Notes under the pieces: generated by a model
The model's database searches: none
What the model saw: only the letters and a program-made list of their open reading frames with translations
Told to the model about the DNA's origin: nothing
Program-made: the position numbers and the translations under genes
Shown here: one piece after another, positions 1 through 8,505 of the stretch
How positions within the stretch are numbered: position 1 is the first letter of the stretch
Layout: each line of letters starts with the position of its first letter
NCBI GenBank assembly: GCA_965198005.1
Contig: CBDAOI010000003.1
Span: 1 to 64,000, forward strand
Direction of reading: 5' to 3'
Length of the DNA: 64,000 nt
DNA from: Spirochaetia bacterium
GTDB taxonomy: Bacteria > Spirochaetota > Spirochaetia > SZUA-6 > Bin103

Positions 1-674
1 TCCCGACCAAATCACGTTACGCACCTGTTCATGGCGCAGTCAACCACTAGCTCGAACCTCAGTCGCTCGCGGCCGACGGCGCGGCATCGAACGTCTCGAA
101 GAGGTTGTCGATGATTGTCTGCGGCACCTTGCGGGACTCCATCGCCTTCCTCAACGGGTCGAGAAACCCGTTCCGATCCCGCACCGACTCCGGCGATATC
201 TTTGTATATCGCGCTGACTGTCGGCGGCTCCACGGTGACTCCTTCGGCGATCGCATGTCTCAGGACCACCCCCGTCGCCGGTGGACGGGCGCCGGATGTG
301 GCCGGGAGACGGCCACCCTCACGCAGCCTTCGACCATGACCGGCGTATACGTGCTCAAGGAGCGCAAGGCGGCCGATACCGGCTTCCGGCATACTGCCAG
401 CCACGGGATCAAGGCCAGCGCAGGGGGGGGGCACCATCATGCGTGCTCAGGGCGACCACCGCCATCGCGTCGCGCGGGTATTGCGGCGGATCGTAGACTT
501 GCAGCGACATGCCAATGCCCCGTGATAGAACGGCAGGGGCGGTCGCCACGGACGCGCAGGTCGGCGCGCAGTACTACGTAGGCGTCACGCACCTCTACGC
601 GGCTTGACCGCGGTGGGGGCGCCGGCCAAAGAAAGCGTCGTCTCGGCTTTCAGGTCGAGCACCTGCCGCACTAA

Positions 675-1889
675 GAGGGTGTTGACATAATCAAGCGGCG
701 GCGGCGAGTCTGCGGGCGAGCATGCGTGCGCCAGTAAGCCACACCCAGGCTTCTGATACCGAGAGCAGACGATCATGATGCATAATCAAGCGGCGGCACC
801 GTTCGTACCATGCGTGGGTGCGCTCCACTACCCACCGTTTCGGCAGCACCACGAAGCCCGTGCTGTCCGCCAGCACTGGAAACAACTCGCCTTGGTCGGG
901 GTGTATCCAGCGTCCCACGTTGCGATTGGCCGGATGTCGCACCACCTCCACGTCAATCTGGTGCTCCTGCTCAAGGTGGACGGCGCAGGTGCCGGAGTAC
1001 CCACCATCGACATACAGTTTCTCCAGGCTCGGATACTTGTCGGTCGCTGCGCTGACCACTTGGTCCGCGCCATCGCGGTCCTGCACGTTGGCCGGCACCA
1101 CGCTCACCATCAGGAGTAGCCCCAGGGTGTCGACCACCAAGTTGCGCTTGCGGCCCTTGACCTTCTTTCCGGCATCATAGCCGCTCGGACCGCCCTGCGG
1201 AGAACTGCGGGTCGATTGCGCATCCAGCACCGCCGCAGTCGGCTCCGGCGCACGTTCCTCGCGGCCCCGCCACAGTTGCCGTACCCGATCATGCATCTGC
1301 TCGAACTTGCCTCCCGCAGCCCAGCGCCGGAAAGTGCGATACACATTCTCCCAGGGCGGAAACTCGCGCGGCAACATCCGCCATGAACAGCCGTTGCGTA
1401 CCACGTAGCAACACGCATTCAGCATTTCCCAGCGGCTGTACTGGGGAGGTCGCCCGCGTTGTCCCGATTGCTCGAACAGGTCGGCCACCAACTCCCATTC
1501 GGTCTGTGTCAGGCAACTCGGATAGAGCTGATCCGGCTCCTGACGGCGATGCTCATCCGTATAGCCATACCGCTGCCGGGCCTCTTCCTGTGCCCGCCGC
1601 TTGACCACCACCGCGCCTCGCTCCTGCTTCACCCCTGCCTGCCGTAGTGCTTCGCGCACCGTAGCCGCATTAACCGTCAGTTCAGTCCGTCGCACGAACT
1701 CGGCGGTCACTTCATCAAGCGTCGCGTGGGGTTGGGCGGTGACGATCTCGCGCAGGATTTCGCGCCCGGATTCGTCGATCTTGGGCGGGCGTCCTTTTCT
1801 TCTCTTCGCCAATGATTCCTCCCTGATTACCGTTTGCTCTGGTAATCGACAGAATCATCGCCCATTCAGTTTATTATGTCAACACCCTC
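675..1889 (-). mobile_element. Complete IS5-family (IS1031-like) insertion sequence, 1215 bp
   Basis: Perfect 17-bp terminal inverted repeats GAGGGTGTTGACATAAT (675-691) / ATTATGTCAACACCCTC (1873-1889), flanked by a TAA direct repeat (672-674, 1890-1892). Confidence 0.93.
691..1812 (-). CDS. IS5-family DDE transposase with extra N-terminal HTH region
   Basis: YPSCLTQTEW...NGCSWRMLPREFPPWENVYRTFRRW, AVLDAQS, GYDAGKKVKGRKRNLVVDTLG, VDGGY and RWVVERTHAW motifs. Confidence 0.92.
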   Translation of the reverse strand: MAKRRKGRPPKIDESGREILREIVTAQPHATLDEVTAEFVRRTELTVNAATVREALRQAGVKQERGAVVVKRRAQEEARQRYGYTDEHRRQEPDQLYPSCLTQTEWELVADLFEQSGQRGRPPQYSRWEMLNACCYVVRNGCSWRMLPREFPPWENVYRTFRRWAAGGKFEQMHDRVRQLWRGREERAPEPTAAVLDAQSTRSSPQGGPSGYDAGKKVKGRKRNLVVDTLGLLLMVSVVPANVQDRDGADQVVSAATDKYPSLEKLYVDGGYSGTCAVHLEQEHQIDVEVVRHPANRNVGRWIHPDQGELFPVLADSTGFVVLPKRWVVERTHAWYERCRRLIMHHDRLLSVSEAWVWLTGARMLARRLAAAA

Positions 1890-1912
1890 TAAGGCCGTCC
1901 ACGGAGATGATC

Positions 1913-3391
1913 TCAGAAGATGTCCTGAGCAAGCAAGAAGCGGAGGTCCGTCCGTTTCTCTTCCGTCGCAAGCCAGTTTGCGCCGTCGGCCGTGACGAGA
2001 AGCGGCGAGATCACAGACAGGAGACTGTCTCGCGCGAGCAATCGACGGACCCGCTCGGGTGGCATGCTCCCAAGTGTGGCGAGTATCCAGTCGTTGGGCA
2101 AAGCGCGTGCGACAGACGCCAGTGCCGTAATCGCTGTATCGGAACCGATGGCAGCAAGAGCAGCTGATGCGGCGGCACATCGACGCTCTCCGCTAGAAGC
2201 AAGGTCGGACACCAGGCTGTTGATAATGTTCAGAGGGGTGTTATGGTCAAACCCGGCTATGGCATGCAACGCGACGTCATCGTCGTTGTCGTCAATGAAG
2301 CCAAGGAGGTCCTCATACCGCCGGAGCCCGTTTTTCCCGAGCCCCCATACCGCAGCCTGTCGCAACTCATGATCTCGAAAGCGTTTGGTATTAGCAATCC
2401 ACATCAACTGTTCACGCGCGAACTGCGTGTCACCCAGTTCAGTAAAGATGAACACAGTCTCCATTCTGAGATCATCTCGATCGTGGTCACCCCAGATGAA
2501 CGACGACAACAGATCTTCACCATGGCTGGAGCCCATCAACGCTGCGACGCCAGCGGCTTCCAGCAGTACTCGATCGTCGGACTCGTCGTTCAATACGTCC
2601 TCAAGAACCGAGATTCGCTTTGCTCCCAATTCCTCACGACGAGTGAGCGCCCTTACCGCCGCGTAGCGATCCACGGCACTGCCGGATTCAAGCGCCGCAA
2701 TCGGGTCATAGTCGCAGTTCAAGGAAACGGACACATCGGCCAAAGACCGGGGAGCGCCGCAGATTATTTGACTATGGGCCTTGAATGTCTCGCCTGGAGC
2801 GACGTACGCGGTCTTTCCTTTAAGCAGGTAGGTCTGACGGCGCGCCGGACGCGTTCGGTCTGCGTGCATCTGGACGATGATCCTATCAGAGCTGACTTCG
2901 AGAACCGTCCCATCGCGAGAGGGGACGGTAGCTGGCCACGTACGATCTCGTTCCGCACCCTCAGATGCGGACTTCGGAGCACCAACTGTGGAGAAGCCAG
3001 TAGAGCTGCGAAGTGCACCGACGCTCACGAATACGGGCTCGTCCGCTGCAACGGGACGACGGTTATGAAACGAGCAAGTGATGAACGCAACGAGGTCGTC
3101 GTCACGCAACCCCGCATCCCACGCCCGATCTCGGTTAGATGGGGTATCGCTCATCCGGATTCTGAGCTCAGTCTTTGCACGCACTTCCACACGCAGTCCG
3201 GTTCTGATGCAAAGAAGATCGGGAAGCCGCAGCCGCTTAACTTTGGTCGACCAGATCTTGTTGGAACCGCAATATCGCTCCAGCTCGATTGGTTCGAAAC
3301 CGCCTCGCCGCAGAGTCTCCATGGTGCGGTGCACACCTGCGGCTCCCATGCTAAGGAAACGAAGAAAGCTCGTGTCCGCTTTGAACGCCAT
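1913..3391 (-). CDS. Putative restriction endonuclease: N-terminal PD-(D/E)xK-like domain plus C-terminal HEAT-like repeats
   Basis: LPDLLC...VEVRAK motif; helical repeats DRYAAVRAL, RVLLEAAGVAA, ELRQAAVWGLG, DVALHAIAG; lies directly downstream of the C gene (TGATG overlap) and divergent from the MTase. Confidence 0.6.
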   Translation of the reverse strand: MAFKADTSFLRFLSMGAAGVHRTMETLRRGGFEPIELERYCGSNKIWSTKVKRLRLPDLLCIRTGLRVEVRAKTELRIRMSDTPSNRDRAWDAGLRDDDLVAFITCSFHNRRPVAADEPVFVSVGALRSSTGFSTVGAPKSASEGAERDRTWPATVPSRDGTVLEVSSDRIIVQMHADRTRPARRQTYLLKGKTAYVAPGETFKAHSQIICGAPRSLADVSVSLNCDYDPIAALESGSAVDRYAAVRALTRREELGAKRISVLEDVLNDESDDRVLLEAAGVAALMGSSHGEDLLSSFIWGDHDRDDLRMETVFIFTELGDTQFAREQLMWIANTKRFRDHELRQAAVWGLGKNGLRRYEDLLGFIDDNDDDVALHAIAGFDHNTPLNIINSLVSDLASSGERRCAAASAALAAIGSDTAITALASVARALPNDWILATLGSMPPERVRRLLARDSLLSVISPLLVTADGANWLATEEKRTDLRFLLAQDIF

Positions 3392-3618
3392 CAGCGCTCG
3401 CCCTCTCGGTGGACTCGTAGTAGGTCCGGTGGCTCGACACCTAAAGCCTCTGCCAGCAAGAAAATGTTCTCAAGTGAGACGTTGCGCTGACCACGCTCTA
3501 CCGAACTGACGTACGTCCTATGGAGATTCGAACGTGAGGCGAGCTCCTCCTGGGAAAGCCCCGCCGAGGTCCGGAAACGTCGGAGATTAGCTGCAAGTAT
3601 GTGTTTTGGGTCGAGAAT
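3391..3618 (-). CDS. R-M controller (C) protein, XRE-family HTH; absent from the ORF track
   Basis: Manual translation ILDPKHILAANLRRFRTSAGLSQEELASRSNLHRTYVSSVERGQRNVSLENIFLLAEALGVEPPDLLRVHREGER* contains the C-protein HRTY..SVERG.RN.SL signature. Start is either ATT at 3618 (GGAGG 7 nt upstream) or ATG at 3650 with a 1-nt frameshift. Confidence 0.85.
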   Translation of the reverse strand: MLDPKHILAANLRRFRTSAGLSQEELASRSNLHRTYVSSVERGQRNVSLENIFLLAEALGVEPPDLLRVHREGER

Positions 3619-3669
3619 CGTTCAACCTCCGGCACCTGATGCGCTTGCATCCAGCGTACGAAGGTTGTA

Positions 3670-3695
3670 AACTATGGGTCTACAGACTATCCGTC
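3670..3695 (-). promoter_or_regulatory. C-box operator
   Basis: Minus strand GACGGATAGTC-TGTA-GACCCATAGTT matches the PvuII-type GACTnnnAGTC-TGTA-GACTnnnAGTC double operator, upstream of the C gene. Confidence 0.8.
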
Positions 3696-3718
3696 ACCAT
3701 TCTGTAACCGGAGGTGCT

Positions 3719-5494
3719 ATGTCGGAGGCATCGCTACGAGGCGTCGGTAAGCTCTCAGGCACCATGGTCGCGCCGCGAACCGACCCGATCTATAACTGCC
3801 ATCAGTACTTAACCAAGGTTCCGATCGGGGCAATCCAACCGTTCATCGAAGCTTTCACCCACCCAGGCGAGGTTGTCGCCGACTTCTTCGCGGGTTCCGG
3901 GATGACCGGTCTTGCCGCCCTAACCCTCAATCGTCGAGCTCGGCTTAGCGATATCTCGGTCCTGGGACAGCACATCGCACGTGGGTACCTCACAGATCTC
4001 GCTGAAGAGATCCTGCGGGAAGCCAGCATCGAAGTGCTTGGGCAGGCACATACCGCAATGAGCGCGCTCTACACGACAATGCGGAGCACCGATGGACACC
4101 CGATCCAGCTCATTCGCACTGTTTGGTCATTTTGCTACCGATGCCCGCAGTGTGACGTCGAGATAGTGTACTATGCGCAACTGGACGAACGAGGGAAGGC
4201 ACCACGGACCTGTGCCCGGTGCGGAACCAACTTCGAACGTCGGTTGTGGCCGCGTAGTCACGACGTACCGGTTCGTGTTGTCGTGCAGGGAGCCGATGGG
4301 CGTCAGATTGAGCAAAACGTATCGTCCCTTGACTGGCAAAATATCATGGACGCGCAGAGCGATCCGCGTCTAAGGGACATCCCGTCGCTTCAGATAGAGC
4401 CACACAGAGAGATGTACGGCCGATCCGGCCTCGCGAAATCAGGTATGACGGAGACCGCGAAGTTCTTTTCGGCCCGCAACGCTATTGCTCTGCTTGAGCT
4501 CTGGAGAGCAATTCAGAGAATAGCGGATCGTGAAATTCGTCAGAAACTGAGCTTTGCATTTACCGCTATCCTTCCTCGATCATCAAAGCGATATCAGTGG
4601 GGGCCGAAGCGCCCCCTGAATGCGCAAAACCAGACCTACTACATTGCTCCGGTATACTATGAATGGAACGTGTTCGACCTGTTCAAGAGAAAACTGAGTG
4701 CGGTGATCCGTGCGAATGATGTCCTATTCGGACGGCAACCCATGCTCAACGGTCTTTCATTGAACGATGTCACCTATGACATCACATCGGCAGAACGGCT
4801 TCGCCACATCACAACAGAGTCGATCGACTATGTGTTTACCGATCCTCCGTTTGGAAGCAATATTTTCTACAGCGATATGAACCTGTTTCAAGAAGCTTGG
4901 CTTGGGAGTGTTACGGACTATACCTCAGAAGCCGTAGTGCATACGACAGGTAAGAAAAGAAACGGCGCAATGGAACGCTACGCGCGCCTTCTTCGTTGTT
5001 CGTTTACGGAAGCTTTCAGAGTCTTGAGACCAGGGCGTTATATGTCTGTAGTATTCGGGAACAGCAGTGGACGTATTTGGGGGCTCGTTCAGAGGGCGCT
5101 ACGGGATGCTGGTTTCAAGCCAATCCCTATTCATGTAGCGATCCTTGACAAGGGCCAGCGATCCATCAAAGGACTCAATTCAGGATCAGAAGGTGTCGTA
5201 ACTCTTGACTTGGTAATGACCGTCCAGAAGCCCAATATTGGCGAGCAATCGGCCACGGACGTCTTGAGCAGCGGCGAAACCAGTGTGTTGGTACGTAATG
5301 CCATTCAGGATCTTTCCGGGCTGCAGGACCAGAGCCCGAGTCAAATCTATGCGGAGATTGTGCGCACAGCTATAAAGAGAGGTTTGGTATTGGATAACTT
5401 GCATTTGGGCGACGTTTTGGTCGCTCTACGTAACGCAGGTTTCGCCGTCAACCAGAATACAGGCCTCATCGGCGACACGCAGATCAACGTCTAG
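3719..5494 (+). CDS. Amino (N6-adenine or N4-cytosine) DNA methyltransferase with Zn ribbon
   Basis: Motif I DFFAGSGMTG, CPQC...CARC, motif IV TDPPF, AFRVLRPG; ATG 3719 is preceded by GGAGG. Confidence 0.88.
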   Translation: MSEASLRGVGKLSGTMVAPRTDPIYNCHQYLTKVPIGAIQPFIEAFTHPGEVVADFFAGSGMTGLAALTLNRRARLSDISVLGQHIARGYLTDLAEEILREASIEVLGQAHTAMSALYTTMRSTDGHPIQLIRTVWSFCYRCPQCDVEIVYYAQLDERGKAPRTCARCGTNFERRLWPRSHDVPVRVVVQGADGRQIEQNVSSLDWQNIMDAQSDPRLRDIPSLQIEPHREMYGRSGLAKSGMTETAKFFSARNAIALLELWRAIQRIADREIRQKLSFAFTAILPRSSKRYQWGPKRPLNAQNQTYYIAPVYYEWNVFDLFKRKLSAVIRANDVLFGRQPMLNGLSLNDVTYDITSAERLRHITTESIDYVFTDPPFGSNIFYSDMNLFQEAWLGSVTDYTSEAVVHTTGKKRNGAMERYARLLRCSFTEAFRVLRPGRYMSVVFGNSSGRIWGLVQRALRDAGFKPIPIHVAILDKGQRSIKGLNSGSEGVVTLDLVMTVQKPNIGEQSATDVLSSGETSVLVRNAIQDLSGLQDQSPSQIYAEIVRTAIKRGLVLDNLHLGDVLVALRNAGFAVNQNTGLIGDTQINV

Positions 5495-5801
5495 TCTAGT
5501 CTAGTCTAAACTGGCCGCACGGGCGGGCAACCGTTTGTGCGTTCAACGTAGGCTCGCCGATACCGAGAGAGAAAGAACACATCTGGCGGCCTATAGTGGG
5601 CATCGTGCACGAAGGCATTGCCGTAGTCGGCGTGCGTTGTATACATTGGTCCTGGCCGCGACCTGTGCGGTGCGCGGAAATGTCGTGGTTGTCTAACCTT
5701 GCGCATGCTGCCATGATTATCCCAACCGGGCAGAACGGCAAACGACAGATTCCACGAAGAATCGATGAAAATGTGAAACGACGAGAGGAGGTCGAATTGC
5801 C

Positions 5802-6425
5802 TTGAGAGTAGCGATGACAGAATCCGGGTTTCGTCTCTTGTACGATATGATTCACGACTTCAAGACAACCGCTATACATGTCGAATCCGCAATAACAGCA
5901 AATGGCGTGCGACACGATACCATGGCCCCTGTACCGTCCATGAAAAACCGCATGCACGTGAACACTTGGTTATCAATGAAGGCTGTATCTCACTTCAACC
6001 TCGGTACGGCTTTGGAGTTGATGCTCAAGTTGATCATGTTCATCAGCGACATCAGAGCACCCCATGAGCATACGCTGCTGGACTTGTTCGATTCTATCCC
6101 AACAGAGTGGCAGAATCGCCTTGATTCCAGGTACAAGGTAATAGAACAAGAATGCCCTGATTACGAACTAGTGGCTTTTGTCTGCAAGGATTCCCCGACC
6201 GTGGCGCCGTCTGGACCGTCGAACCGAGATCTCGATGGTCTAAGGGGGATGTTGGGGTATTTCGATACGGACGTCATGATGTCGAAGAAGCGCTACTCAT
6301 GGGAACTCTTCAATAGCGGCGTTTGGTGTCATAGTATGAGTGACATAACGGTGTTCACAGAACTGATTGATCGGACGATGTTGGATATCGGGCGGGAATT
6401 CGCCCGTAAGCAGGCGCGGGGATGA
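5802..6425 (+). CDS. HEPN-like domain protein
   Basis: ALELMLK...HEHTLLDLFDSI...KRY pattern, typical of HEPN proteins (ELxLK..HxLxxLF..RY). Confidence 0.55.
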   Translation: MRVAMTESGFRLLYDMIHDFKTTAIHVESAITANGVRHDTMAPVPSMKNRMHVNTWLSMKAVSHFNLGTALELMLKLIMFISDIRAPHEHTLLDLFDSIPTEWQNRLDSRYKVIEQECPDYELVAFVCKDSPTVAPSGPSNRDLDGLRGMLGYFDTDVMMSKKRYSWELFNSGVWCHSMSDITVFTELIDRTMLDIGREFARKQARG

Positions 6426-6539
6426 GGGGTTCCGGATGCTACGCTCCTATGTCATACTACAATGGTTCCTACGTCCCACGTCAAGCAATACGAGAAGGGG
6501 AATCTGCGGGGAATCTGCTGCTGCGTACCGAGACCTGCC

Positions 6540-7393
6540 TGAACGATGAGTTGCGCCCCGGGCGCCCGCGCACCTACGAAGACGAGAAGGTGGCCGCAGT
6601 CATTAACCGGGCACTGCAAGAGAGGCCGGCTGAGGCCACGCATTGGAGCGTGCGCCTGATGGCGGAAGCGGAGGGGGTGTCGAAGAGCACCGTGCAGCGC
6701 TGGTTTTCGCTGTTCGGGGTCAAGCCGCACCTGCGAGCGACCTTCAAGCTGTCCACGGATCCGTTCTTCATCGAGAAGGTGCGCGATATCGTGGGGCTGT
6801 ACCTGGACCCACCTGAGCATGCGTTAGTGCTGTGCGTTGACGAGAAGTCGCAGATCCAAGCACTGGAGCGCAGCCAACCGATCCTGCCGCTCGGTCTTGG
6901 CTACGTTGAGGGGTATACCCACGATTACGTCAGACACGGCACGACGACGCTGTTCCCGGCCCTGGATGTGGCTACCGGCGATGTGCTGACGAGCTGCAAG
7001 AGTCGGCATCGTCATCAGGAGTTCCTCAGCTTCCTGCGGGAGATCGACCGGAAGGTGCCGGCGCAGATCCACGTGCATTTGGTGCTGGACAACTATGCGA
7101 CGCAAGCATGCGAAAGTGAAGGCATGGTTAGCGCAGCGACCGCGGTACCAGGTGCACTACACGCCGACGTACGCATCGTGGCCAAATCAGGTGGAGATCT
7201 GGTTCGGAATCATCAGCCGGCGGGCGATCAAGCGGGGCTCGTTTCGGAACGTGAAGGAGTTGGTGCAACGGATCAAGGAGTTTACCGAACGGTACAACCA
7301 GGGAGCACGACCGTTCGTGTGGACCGTCACGGCGCAGTCGATCATCGACAAGGTGGCCCGACTATATACTCTTATTTGCGGGACGGCACACCA
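6540..7393 (+). mobile_element. IS630-family transposase, 5'-truncated and frameshifted near 7103
   Basis: RPGRP, THWSVR, FKLSTDP, CVDEKSQIQAL, HDYVRHGTTTL, LDNYAT|KHAKVKAWL, YTPTYASWPNQVEIWF across two frames. Confidence 0.9.
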
Positions 7394-7438
7394 GTCGCAG
7401 AGCGATCATTTAACGCGTGCCGGTTGTGAGGTGACGAA

Positions 7439-7999
7439 TTGTATTCTCAAGAAGCTATAGTGTTTGCACAGAAACACGTAGGAGAAAGTCTGGTAGGCGT
7501 TCCAAGGAGGTTGGTTGACGAAATATCTGCGGTCATACAAGATGCCATTCAGAATCAAGTCGGGACACGTGAATTGGCTTCCGACTTATATCACACGTTC
7601 AAGGAAATAGTGAATTATGATTGGGACATGATAGCAACAACGGAAATTGGCAATATTGTAGGGAATGGGTATCTCATAGCCGAACTAAACCGAGGGACAC
7701 GTTACTTACGAGGCACTTCCGGTAGTAACGCTTGTGTTTTTTGTAGAGAGAATGTTGACCGAAAGGTCGTAGTAATCGGCCACCGTCCAAACGAGTCCGG
7801 CTTCATATACGATGAACAACTCAAAAGGAGCCTGCCATATATTTGGCCCTCAAAGAACAACTTTAGTCGGAAACTTTGGTGGGTTGCGTCTGGCGTTCAA
7901 CATCGGTGGTGCCGTTGTTCATGGAGCGAGTACATTCCTGGATTTGACAAGTGGGACCAGAAACTAGACGATGCTATTGACCGTCTGATTGAACAATAG
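7439..7999 (+). CDS. Phage head morphogenesis (MuF/SPP1 gp7-like) domain protein, probably partial
   Basis: IATTEIG...ACVFC...HRWCRC resembles the RTE..CxxC..HPxCRC motif; AT-richer DNA. Confidence 0.55.
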   Translation: MYSQEAIVFAQKHVGESLVGVPRRLVDEISAVIQDAIQNQVGTRELASDLYHTFKEIVNYDWDMIATTEIGNIVGNGYLIAELNRGTRYLRGTSGSNACVFCRENVDRKVVVIGHRPNESGFIYDEQLKRSLPYIWPSKNNFSRKLWWVASGVQHRWCRCSWSEYIPGFDKWDQKLDDAIDRLIEQ

Positions 8000-8019
8000 A
8001 ATATGGAGATATATGTTGT

Positions 8020-8132
8020 TGTTGCAGGCCATTGCCCACGTCTCCTACCTGCTCAGTCTGCTCCCCACACTGCCGACGGCGGCGTTTCTGATCCGTGTAT
8101 TAATCATCTTCCACGAGGCTGGACACGGGTCA
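8020..8132 (+). pseudogene. Fatty acid desaturase fragment
   Basis: AAFLIRVLIIFHEAGHGS resembles the first His box (FIIFHDCGHGS). Confidence 0.55.
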
Positions 8133-8505
8133 ACTGTTAATTCCGTACCTTTGAATTATACGTATCGCATCCCACGCTGGCGGCGCTAACCGGGTCACCG
8201 ATGCTGGCATCCGTACGGCGCTGTGCTACCAGCGCGCCTATGCGCGCGTGCTGCGCCCTACCCTGTCGGCCGTGTTCAATGCCGATCCACCCCGCGGCAG
8301 CCGCCTCAAGCGTACCGTCGAGGCGTTCGATCGTGAGTTTGATCGCCTCTGGGAGGGACGTGAACTGGGCGCATAACTTGACTCATCGGGCGGCTTCGGC
8401 TACACCTACCGGCTATCCATGCCGTGCTCCAGGCCATCGAATCCTGAGCAACGAATGGGTCGCGCCGGTCCGGACGTACACCGCCGAACGACTTACGTTG
8501 ACGGA

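Noticed and set aside
1-670. ORFs at the window start
   Set aside because: Look like frameshifted remnants; no family could be assigned
2243-3490. 415-aa plus-strand ORF
   Set aside because: Antisense shadow of the nuclease-HEAT gene with no recognisable motifs
5490-5508. CTAGT x3 microrepeat (similar CTAG run near 21204)
   Set aside because: Too short to interpret; could be an IS scar or slippage
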